A program made the translations under genes and the position numbers. 64,000 bases of DNA, from the NCBI RefSeq assembly GCF_009914755.1, contig NC_060946.1; one strand, given 5' to 3'. This DNA comes from the human T2T-CHM13v2.0 reference genome, Homo sapiens. Numbering within the stretch: the stretch's first letter is position 1; each line of letters starts with the position of its first letter. The notes below the pieces were generated by a model. It was not told where the DNA came from and searched no databases. It saw nothing but the letters and a program-made list of their open reading frames with translations. Positions 42,973-56,153 of this stretch are shown in pieces.

Positions 42973-43310
42973 AGGCTGGGTGCGGTTGCTCACACCTGTA
43001 ATCCCAGCACTTTGAGAGGCTGAGGTGGGCAGATCACCTGAGGTCAGGAATTCAAGACCAGCCTGGCCAACATGGTGAAACCCTGTCTCTACTAAAATAC
43101 AAAAATTAGCCGGGCGTAGTAGCGGGCTCCTGTAATCCCAGCTACTCCGAGGCTGAGGCAGGGAGAATTGCTTGAACCCAGGAGGCGGAGGTGCAGTGAG
43201 CCAAGATCGTGGCATTGAACTCCAGCCTGGGCAACAGAGCAACACTCCGACTCAAAAAAAAAACAAAAAACAAAAAACAAACAAAAAACAACAAAAAACA
43301 AAAACAAACC
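42973..43310 (+). mobile_element. Alu with long A/C-rich tail
   Basis: Alu consensus. Confidence 0.92.
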
Positions 43311-43969
43311 CTCTGTCCTCCTGCAGGGCTCTCTCCAGGGTGGGCTATGCGTCCTCCATGTTTACCAAAGTCACTCTTCTCCTCATCCGGAGGGCCTCTG
43401 CGGGGCAAGTAGCCAACCCGTGGCACGGAAACCAATTCCCCCATCCCGAGCAGGGAGCACACCCCACAGAAAGTCAGGGGCCCCTTCTTTAACTTCTTAA
43501 CAGGAAGTCCTCACCCTGCAAGGGCGCCTCTCAGGTTTCGGATCCCTGCTAAAGAAAAGCATCTGTTCTTGGAGTAAACTGCAATGCGCGCGGTGGGGAG
43601 CGCCTGGCACCCCCCTCGGGATCCATCCACAGTCCGTCTTGTCCAGAGGTGCCCTGCGGACAGACCGCACCGGGGGCCACGACCCCGCGCCCCGGGTCCC
43701 ACCTCCCCGCGGGGATGGGGCGCCGGCCTCCCCTCCACTGCGCGGCGCTTTGTCCTCGGGTTCCCGGAGCAGACGGCGGCGCACAGCCCGGCCCCTGGCC
43801 CCGGCCTCCCTCCCGCCTGCCCCGACCCCTCCCTGGCGCCTGCGCTCCCAGGGCCCCCGGCCTTACCACAGCCGCTCGCTCCCTGCACCCGGTCCCCCCA
43901 GCCGGGTCCCCCAAGCCGCCCCCGCTCCCTGGCCAGGTCCGGCCGAACCCGGGCGGCGGCGACACTCAC

Positions 43970-44111
43970 CCGCGCCGGGGGCGCCGGCTCCGGGCCCCGG
44001 GCTCCGCCACCAGCGCAGCAGAGCCCGCGCGGGCTCCAGGCTCACGGCGCAGCGCTGCTGCTTCACCCACAGCACGGATTGCAGCGGCTCCGCCGCCCCC
44101 GTCGCCCCCAT
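43970..44111 (-). CDS. CERK: Ceramide kinase coding exon 1 (142 nt; aa 1-47, start of PH domain)
   Basis: Translates MGATGAAEPLQSVLWVKQQRCAVSLEPARALLRWWRSPGPGAGAPGA, the recognised human CERK N-terminus. Kozak context GCGGAGATGG; donor G|GTGAGT at 43969; inside CpG island. Confidence 0.98.
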
Positions 44112-44193
44112 CTCCGCCGCCGGGCTCGTCCGCCAGGCTGGGGGCGCGCGGACGCCGAGGGGCGCCGGACCGTTAGCGGCCCCTGCAGTGGCC

Positions 44194-44228
44194 CGGGCGG
44201 CGGGCGGCGGGCGGCGGGCTGCGGGAGG
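44194..44228. repeat. (CGGGCGG)n heptamer array, 3 perfect plus 2 degenerate units
   Basis: cgggcgg cgggcgg cgggcgg cgggctg cgggagg. Confidence 0.9.
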
Positions 44229-44270
44229 CGGCGCTGCGTCACCCCGTACGCGGGCGGCGGGGACCGCGGA

Positions 44271-44290
44271 GGGGACGGGCGGGGCGGGGG
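44271..44290 (+). other. Canonical G-quadruplex-forming motif in the proximal promoter
   Basis: GGGG-AC-GGG-C-GGGG-C-GGGGG: four G-tracts with 1-2 nt loops, overlapping Sp/KLF boxes. Confidence 0.7.
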
Positions 44291-45789
44291 CGAGGAGGAG
44301 GCGTGGGTAGAGGAGGGGCCGGGAGCCGGGGAGAGGCGGGGGGGACCCGAGAAGGGGAGAAGAGGGAGGAGGAAGGGGCCGGGATGGGGCTGGCCGAGGC
44401 CAGGGCGCTGGGGCCGGGAGGCGGCTGCCTTTCTCTCCTCTCTTCTCCGGCGGGTGCCGGGTGCTGAATCTGGCGCTCCCGCGGCCGGCCGGGACTCAGT
44501 GGCGCCTTCCGCGCGGGCCTCGGTTCAGGCGGGGTCCGGGCGGCGTGGAAACGCAGTCCTGGCGATCGGGCGCGGCGGGGGGCGGGCCTGGATGGGGGCG
44601 CCACGGGCGACGTGACCTTGGGCGGCGGGTGCCCTCTACGATCCTGGCGTCCTGTCGGCCTGGGAGGGGGCCTGCAGCTGGGCCCCGACAGGCAGGTAAG
44701 GCTTTCAGGAGGCGGAGGTCTTTTTAGGGGGCGGGGGCGCTGGCCCTTTGAACTGCTCTGGGGCCTGAAGCCACAGAGCAGACAGCTGAGCAGCCGCCCC
44801 CGAGCTGGCCCTAGGAACCGGAGCCTGGGCCCCAGACTTGGAGAGACACGGCCCCTGTGGCCCCAATTCACCGCCTCCCCAGGAAGGCCTCCTTGACCCC
44901 ACAGCTGAAGGAATCACCAGCCTGCAGGGACTCCAGCCCTGCCTTCAGAGCACGCCGTGCGCCTTCATGCAAGCTCCAGTCTCTGCGTCCGCAGTGCTTA
45001 ACACAGCCCCATAGGAAGCAGCCACAACCTGGTTCGGAGGGCACATCCCTCCCTGATTTATCAGTGAAGACTGTGCTCACAGAGGTTAAGTCACTTGCCC
45101 AAGAGCACAGGGCTCCAGTGTGGCAGAGCCTAGGCTCACACTGACACTGCCTGGATGTGACACTGAGGTCTGAGGCCTGCCCCTCCCCTCGGCTCCCCTA
45201 CCCAGCCCTGCTGCTGCAGGCAGAGGTGAGGTGGGCTAGGTCCACGTGGCCTTGCTGCTGTGCCTGGCACCAGGTGGCCGCATATACAGGTCTTACCCTG
45301 CCAGCTCCTTGTGACTGTCTTGTCTATAGGGCGGGAACCAGCCATAAATCATTCCTCCCTGGGAGCCCAGCCCCTGTTCAGGCCATGCAGTGAAGGCCCC
45401 AGGACAGTCCTGCAGCCACCGTGGGCCCAGTCAGAGTCCTAGCAGGCAGTACCTGATCGTGGCACACAGTGGGGTGTGCAGCAGCGAGGCCTGCCCAGCC
45501 TCCTCCCTCCCTCAGCTGCCGCTCTGAGGCCTGGGAAATGTGGATCTGAAACTTACTTGGAAAGAAAAGCTCATGCCAGTGGCAGGAGGGTGCCGCTGCA
45601 TGCGAAGAGGGTTGGCAGGCAAGGGTGGCATGGGCAGGGGCCCGAGAGCACCAGCGTCCCTACTGGGGACCCCTTCCCTGGGCCTCCCTGTGCTTAGGCT
45701 CCCCGTGCCCCTCCCGGCGTATTCACGTTGCTGTCCCCCGGCTGCACGCCTTGGCTTAAAATCCTGCAGCCAGAGGTGGGGGCCCAGAG

Positions 45790-46430
45790 ACGACTCAGAA
45801 GTGCTTAGGCCCCGAAGGAGCTCCGTTGGGGGAGACAGCAACATCAGTTACAAAACACACAGGAGATTCAATGAGGCTGTTAGGGTGGGCCCTCATCCAG
45901 CGCGTCCTTACAAGAAGAGGAAATGTTGACCGGGCTCTGTGGCTCACACCTGTAATCCCAGCACTTTGGGAGGCTGAAGCGGGTGGATCACCTGAAGTCA
46001 GGCATTGGAGACCATCCTGGTCAACATGGTGAAACCCTGTCTCTACTAAAAATACAAAAATTAGCTGGGTGCAGTGGTGCGCTCCTGAATCCCAGCTACT
46101 CCGGAAGCTGAGGCAGGAGAATTGCTTGAACCCAGGTGAGCTGAGATTGCGCCATTGCACTCCAGCCTGGGTGACGAGAGCGAAACTCCATCTCAAAAAA
46201 AAAAGAAGAGGAAACGTGAACACACACAGACCCCCGAGGCGTGTGTACACAGGGGTGGCCATGGGAAGGGGCAACAAAAGAGAGTGACCTCCAGGAGGCC
46301 AACCCTGTGGGCTTGAACCTTGACCTCAGACTTCCAGCCTCTGCCAACTGTTCATGGGAGACGACAGATTGCTGTTGTTGAAGCCATCCAGTCCGTGATA
46401 TTTTGTTATGGCAGCCTGAGCAGACCCAGG
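45790..46430 (+). mobile_element. MLT1-family (MaLR) LTR interrupted by Alu 45927-46204
   Basis: MLT1 hallmarks tagggtgggccctcatcca, gacttccagcctc, tttgttatggcagcc; Alu TSD aagaagaggaaaygt. Confidence 0.82.
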
Positions 46431-49349
46431 GGACCTGTAGTCCTAGGATGGGCTGGGGAGGGGCCTGGCCACTGCAGGGCCCCATGCTCATGCTCAGGGA
46501 GACAGGGTGATGTCACGAAGCCCAGGTTTCCAGAAGATGCACATCCTGCAGTTGAGTTGCATGGGAGAGGGGTTGGGTGGGGGTCAGGCCCTGTGTGGGG
46601 CCAGGGCCATGACTCTGGGCACAGCACTGGAGGGATGGGAGGAAAGAGCAGCTCCACCCCAGAGCAGCCGTCAGGTCCCTGCTGTGTGTCAGACCCAGGG
46701 GGCCCTTCAGGAGCTGGCTGCGAAGGACACAGGAGCTTTGAAAATGTAGACGAGGCCAGCCCTGGCTGCCTGAGGACCTCCCGGTACCTCACCCACCTCT
46801 TCCCTGGCAGGCACCTTTCCCACCTTAGACCCTGCCCAAAATGCCCTTCCCACACGTCTGCCTGGGAGGCCCCCACTCACCTTCTCCTTCAAACCACATC
46901 TTGTTTCTTCTGCCACAGAGTCCCCTGATAGCTCACTGCATGGCACTTCCACCCCCGGCTGCCACAGGGCCTCACTTCTCCTTGTGGCACTTCAGAACAA
47001 CTGATGCCCCAACCTGTTGCTAGCCTGCTGTGTACATGGCTGGTCAGCTCTGCACAGGGCCCTGAGCTGCCAGGTAGGCCAGAGAGCATGGGCTCAGCCC
47101 CAGCAGCCTGGAGTTCTGGTCCTAATTAGTCAGGCCCTGACCTGCCACCTGACCCTGTCTTGTGTCCAGTCTGCAGGCTTGGGTTGCTGCCTGGTGGCCT
47201 GATGGCCCTGGAGCCTGCTAAGCCAGACATCCTGCCCAGCGGCGGCCAGCACCCGTTCCCCTGGGCGGCCAGGTTGTCCCACCCATGGGCCACCTGGCTC
47301 CTGAGGTTCTGTCTAAGCTGGTCCAACCCCATACCCACGAGTGTCCCACCCACTGGGTCATCCATACCACGGGCCCCGGCCCCTCCTGTCCACGGAGCCC
47401 TGGCCACCAGCAGGAGCCTGGCACCAGCAGCCCCGTCTAACATGGTCCCCGCCATGGCCTCTGATCTATTCTTCCCTTCTCTTCCTGGGCCCCTGGCCTT
47501 GTTTGCTGTGCCAGTCCTTCCAGCTTATCTCCCGAGACTCCCTGTCTCGTGAAGTCAGCACCACCATCTGACATCAGAAACTAGAATGCTGGGTTGGGTG
47601 GGAGGATCCTGGCACCAGCTGTACATGGGCTGCCAGGAATGCCATCCTCTGCCCTCCACCTTCAAGGAGAAGCCTCCCATGCTCCTCTTTAAGGCTGACT
47701 GCCTTAAAAAGGAGAATCCGAGGCTTCTCCTCAAGGGTCTGGAAGAAATGTCTTGGGCCCCAAGAGGCCCAGATATTTGGAGAGTAAGCTGATCATTACA
47801 AAACACACATCCCTACATTCGCCACATGATCCAGACAATCGCCCCTGGAAATGGGTATTATTTACCCCTTTTTACAGACGTGAAAACTAAGACCCACAAA
47901 ACTAACCTGGCCTGCTCCGGTTGTACAGAAAGGTAATTAGATGGGTTGCAGGGGCACTCCAGGCTCCCCTGTCCCAGGCTTTGGGGTCTCCCTGCCGTGG
48001 GAGAGTCTGAAATGTGGGAACTGTAGATGACACAAGCTCCAGGCTTCAGCCTCTGTGGGCCCTGCTCCCTGGGCACTAGGGCGGGCCAGTATGTTCCACC
48101 CTCCAGGACGTGCAGGACTGTCCTGCCTCAGCTTCTCTTACAGGAAGACGGTGCTGCCCTGCCCATCCTCAACCTGCCCATCTAGAGAAGACAGACTTAG
48201 AGCCTGGGCTGAAGTGGAGGATGGCCCTCAGCGGGCAGTGGAACCAAGCTAAAAGGCTAGGGAGGTGAGGCTAGCCTGGGATAGTTCCAAAGGCAGCCAG
48301 GGATCAGGACTATTCACACCCCTGGAGGGCCAGGGGGACATCACACCCAGGGGGAGGCCTCCAAAGGCTGGGCTTAGTTTTGGCCTAAACCCTGCAGGTT
48401 CCTGCCCGGCTGACCTCCCTCTGTTAGGCACCAACAGGATGTCTGTCACTCTGCTTAGCATTAGCACATTTCACCCTCAAGGTGATACTACCCTACTACA
48501 GATAAGGAAACTGAGTCCCAGAGAGGCTGGAGGAACCAGGGTTATCCAGTGGGCCAGGGGCAGAACTGGGAATGAACCCAGGACTGCCAGACTCTGAAGC
48601 CCACCCTCTTCACTGCCTTGCACCCTGTTGGCCATGTTCGGGGTTTCTACTCCAAGCTGAAAATGCCCTGAGAGCAAGCCAGCTTACCAGCACCCAGGGG
48701 AGGGTGTGCACCTGCCTCTTCTGGTGTCTTCAAATAAGGTGTCCATTTCTCACTGATGCAATGCAGGCTTGACTCATTCCAGGTACTGGAGGCACAGCAA
48801 TGTCCAGCCTTGGGAGTTTGGGGGAAGAGTTACCCCAAGAAGCCCCCATCCTGGTGACATCTGTGACCCCGCATGGGGTCCAGCTGAGTGGCTTTTGCAC
48901 ACCCTGGTCGGGTGGAGTGAGATCACTGGGGAGACGGGACCTGGAGCGCAGGCTGTGAGGACACAGCCAGAGGCCATGAGTGCTCAGGAGTGCCATAAAC
49001 TGTGATTTTGAGACTGATAAGGCCAGGCTAAATAGCTTGCTGGGTGTGTCTTGTTTGCCTTTTTATATTTGAGGCCTATAAAAAAATAGTGAGAAAATAG
49101 CAAGATGCCCAGGAGACAGGTGATCTGATTCAGCCAGGGGGTGGGAGGTGGAGGCACCAGTGACTCCCGCTAGCCAGGGACTGGAGGCAGGCAGGTCTGG
49201 GGACAAGAGGATGAGGGATGGGGCCACATTTGGAGCCTGGTGCACTGAGAGTAAAAGAAGAAAACCTGCTCCAACAAACCCTTGAAATTGAAAATAACAC
49301 CGCCTGAAGGCATGTGCAGAGGGTGCTGACCCCAGCTTAAAGAGAGGGT

Positions 49350-52060
<2,711 letters not shown>

Positions 52061-52915
52061 AGTGAAAATGGTAAATTTTATGTTACATGTACTTTACTGA
52101 AATAAAAGATTAATTTCTAGGGTGACTGCCCACGCAGGAGATTAGGGTATCCCAGATGGGCCATGACAGCAGGGGTGGAAACAGATGGATTCGGATCAAG
52201 GTGGTCAAAAAGCAGAAACGATGGGATGCAGTGATTGACAGGATGAGGGGTGAGAGGGAACGGTCTAGAATGACCCCCAGTACTCTGCCTTGTCTGGGGG
52301 GATGGGTGCCTGTCATTTGGGTGGGAACACGAGCAAGGAGCATCCCACGGTGCCTGTGGGGTTTTGTGGTGGGGTCTGGAGGTCATTCCTTGGTGAATAG
52401 ATGGGAGTGGATCTGCTTGAAGCAAGGAGGGGAGGGGACCAGGACCAGGGAGCCCCATGTCCTTGATTATCAGGGACAATCCTAGTCTCTATCTACTGTG
52501 ATATCTTCATTGTTGCTGGTGCTTCTGTTCACTTGCTGGAGTAGCCCTGCTGTGGGATTAGTAATCTGGTCATCCACCGACACTCAAAGGCAGGGCAGCG
52601 AACAGGTGACCTCATTTAGACCCTGAGCAGAAACAGAACAGCTTCAGGTGGAGCCCATGAAGGAAACTGAGATGGCCCAGCCAGACAGGCAGGAGGAAAG
52701 CAGGGCTCACAGCACCCCAGGGAAGGTGGAGAGAGGGAGGTGTGGTCCTGTGGAGCCCCAGCTCCACCTGCGCTCGCTGGGAGCCTTCGCCTCACCTGTT
52801 GGAGCCTCCGTTTTCTCTCACACGTGAAACGAGGATAGTGATCGCAGAACAGAGTGGCTGAGAGCTCAAGATTCAAGTCCAAACTCTGCGAGGAAAGGCG
52901 GTGAGATCTTGGGCC

Positions 52916-53092
52916 AGGGTTTCCTAGGACGGCACTGTGGACATTTGGAGCCACATCACTCTTGGTGGCAGGGACTGTCCTGTGTACTGCAGGATGTGCA
53001 GTAGCATCTCTGGCCTTCACCCAGAGACAACCCAAAGTGTTCCCCAGACATTGCCAAATCCCCCATGAGAACCTCCGCCTTCCAGAAATCAC
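52916..53092 (-). mobile_element. MER20 (hAT-Charlie) element within a MIR remnant
   Basis: Reverse MER20 blocks cagggtttc...ggcactgtggacattt, agcatctctggcct, ccagacattgccaaat. Confidence 0.8.
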
Positions 53093-55918
53093 TCGATTTC
53101 TCTGTGCTTTGGTTTCTTCCTCTGTAAGTGAAGATACTAAAACCAACCTCATGGGATGTTATGAAGGTTAAATAGTATCGTAAATGCAAAGTGCTTGGCA
53201 TAATAAGGGCTCATTAAATGTTAGTTCATAAAATCAGAGCGAGCAGCCCTGGCTGACTGTTGAGCCCAGCATCTGGGGTACTGTCGGCGTTCAGTCGGTG
53301 GTGGCAGTGATCATGTTTCTCTGAGGCTGGGGAGAAAGCCTCAGGGGCTACCTCTGGAGGGACTTCTGTCCCCAGGCAGCAGCCAGAGGCACTTGGAGGG
53401 CTGTACTCCCCACTCAGGGTCTGGCTGATGCTAAGGGGCAGAGGGGATCCCTGCTGGACTCTGCATCCCCTATGCTGCACGCTTCCTTCCCATCCTGGCA
53501 GGACCAAGCTGCTGGGTCTGAGTTTTGGGGCTCTGGGAAGTGGGCTCCTGTGACTGCCATGCACTCCCCATAGTGGGAGACACACCCAGACATCCCTGGG
53601 CTAGCCTCTGGTGACCAAATCCCCCTGGTTTGCTGGACTTTCCTAGTTTAGTGCTTCAAGTCCCACGTCCCGGGAAACCTGTCACTTTTAGGAGGTGGAT
53701 TGCTCAAGTTGTCCCGATTCCAGGTTGTACAGCCTTCCCCGGGGATGGGCTAGGCCAGCTGCACCCTGGGCCCTGAGCTCTCCTTGCTGGGCTCATCTCA
53801 GGTGGCACTGGGAGGTGACCTCATTTAGACCCTGAGCAGAAATAGAACAGCAGCGCCAATTAGCAGCTGCTCAGGAGCCAGGGGCATGTGGATCTGCCCC
53901 AGCCTCTCCGCAGAGGGATGTTTGTGGGATACAGAAAATTCCACGTGCAATCTTCTTCCACAGAGAGGAAGGGTTGTGAGGATGCCCACTTCCTTGGGGA
54001 CGCACCCAGTTTTGCTTCTTGCTTGTCCACTTGTCAAGGGTGAGAGCATTTGGGGCCGGGAGGCACAGACCCTCAGAGATGCTGATTCATTGGGTTTGAG
54101 GCAGGGTGGGGTGAGAATCCACAATTTTCACACCCTCCTCAGGGGATCTGGATACAGGTGGTCCTTTCGACGCACAGTGGGATACAGTAGGGACCTGCCT
54201 TGCTCTGTTCCAGCCAGGGTCAGGGGCCCAGGCCCTGAATCCACTCTGCACCTGGGCCTGGGTGGTCACCCGCTCACTGGACACAGCCCCCAGAGGACAG
54301 CCGAGAGACAGATGCCCGGATGGAGCCTAGCACAGAGCCAGTACGACGTCGCTGCTGCTGAGAGCCGGTGTCTACCTCCGTCCACTCGACGGAGTGGCCT
54401 CTTGTATAGGTGGGCACCTGGTGCCAGGAGAGAACCCTGGCAGGGAGCTGAGGGACCTCTGTGGTCAGGCTGCTTCACTGGCCAACCAGGGACCTTGTGC
54501 CATTCCCATCCCATTGCTGCCCCCAGCTTGCCCTGAAAGCACACTTGGGGGTGGTAGGAAGCCAGGTGTCTCTCAGTGTCTGTCCTGGTGACGATGGGAC
54601 CTAGAACGTGCTTCCCCACCCAAATCCCTCCCACATTCAAAGGGAAGCCTGGGTCTCAGCGGTCAGGGACCAAGCAGCTGGGCTTCGCCGCCAGTGACTG
54701 CTTAGGGGGTAGGAAGTGGGGTGGCCTTTCTCGGGACTGCCCCGCTAACCTGCCCCTGTAGCTCCTGCAACAGCCTCCCAAGAACCAGGGCTGAGAGGAG
54801 AGCCTCCCAGAGGCCACTGCTTCACTTGTGCCTTCACCCCCTTCCCTCCCCAAGGTGGCCGCTCTCTCGCCCCAGCATCTCCTCTGTCCTCTCTCCTTCC
54901 TCCCCACCGGGGGCTGCTTACCGTCAAGAGTGGAGGGGTGACAGAAACAGCATTGGCTGGGGAGTCAGGGGAGCTAGGGCTGAGTCTAGCTCTGTCTTAA
55001 ATATATTGCTAGTTTCTAGGCCTCAGTTTGCCCACCCACAAAATGGGAGTATTGGAGGCAGGAATCTAAGGTGCCCACCTGCTCTCATACTCCAAGGCTC
55101 CTTGGGCACATCCTGAGTCCGCCGTTTCCCACAGACACAGCCGACTGCCTGCTGCTTTCTCTGTACGTTTTGTGACTTCCCTGGGAGCAACATGGAGGAA
55201 GGGCCAAGTTTTGAGGTACACAGAGCTTGCTTTATCTCATGAAGGAAAAAAAGTTCCATGCTTTAATCTTCCTCTTCCAGTAAAGAAACAGCCTGAAGTG
55301 GCCTGTCTGCGAGTCACAGTGTTAACTCAGATCCACAGGAAGATGTTCACCGGATGCTCCTTGGCCAGGCTGCCATCATCCACTCGGGGGTAAACAGTCT
55401 CCGAATCAGGGCTGGCTGGCGGCTGACAGCCAGGGCAGGAAGTCTGCAGGGCAAGCTGCAGGATGTCACCCGAAGGAAATATTTTGTGTTGTGCATTGCG
55501 GTGGAGAAGTGCAATGAGGCTTAGGGGTTGTGAAAACAGATTCCTCAAGCCTTCACGGAGGACCTCTGTGCTGGAGGTCTCACCCAACAGGTCTTGCAGG
55601 CTGGTCTCAGAGAAGTTCCTAGAGCTGCGTGTGGAGTCACCCAGCCTTCTCCCCCATTCAATACGGATCCCAGACATTTGTGGGATACTTGCATCTCCCT
55701 ATAGCACTTTCCCATGTATCGTCTCATCTGATCTTTAGAAGAACCCTCCTAGGCATGCAGGACAGTGCTGATTACCTCATTTTACAGATGGGAAGGTGAT
55801 GCTCAGAGAGGGGGCTGGGATGTGTCCATGTCACATGGAATTGGGGCCAACTGACCCTTGGCCAGCTCTTTGGCTGCATGTGGCATTTCCAGATTTCCAG
55901 TGGGTGATATGAGGCTTG

Positions 55919-56153
55919 TGACTCAGAGGGGTGCCCCAGAGATGAAGGGAGAGGAGGCGTGGGGCAGCTCTGGGGTAACTGCCTTGCAGGGGATGAAGGG
56001 AGAGGAGGCGTGGGGCAGCTCTGGGGAAACTGACTCGCAGGGGTGCCCCGGAGATGAAGGGAGAAGAGGCGTGGGGCAGCTCTGGGGTAACTGCCTTGCA
56101 GGGGATGAAGGGAGAAGAGGCGTGGGCCAGCTCTGGGGAAACTAACTCTCAGG
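55919..56153. repeat. G-rich minisatellite; alternating 51/61-bp units forming a 112-bp higher-order repeat x2
   Basis: gatgaagggaga(g/a)gaggcgtgggg/ccagctctgggg at 55941, 55992, 56053 and 56104. Confidence 0.95.

Larger units (their letters stand above)
43580..44830. promoter_or_regulatory. CpG island / TATA-less GC-box promoter of CERK (5' UTR approx. 44112-44230)
   Basis: Very high GC and CpG density around exon 1. Several GGGCGG boxes at 44195-44290; TGCGTCA half-CRE-like site at 44235-44241. The exact TSS cannot be read from sequence. Confidence 0.92.

Noticed and set aside
43861-43969. Read-through ORF / alternative donor GTG|GTAAGG 103 nt into intron 1
   Set aside because: The proximal donor G|GTGAGT gives the known CERK frame; the extension frameshifts and has no other support.
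43584-44615. 343-aa plus-strand ORF (and overlapping 223/210/175-aa ORFs) over the CpG island
   Set aside because: Low-complexity G/R/P/A sequence with no domain; stop codons are scarce in very GC-rich DNA; it overlaps CERK exon 1 in antisense.
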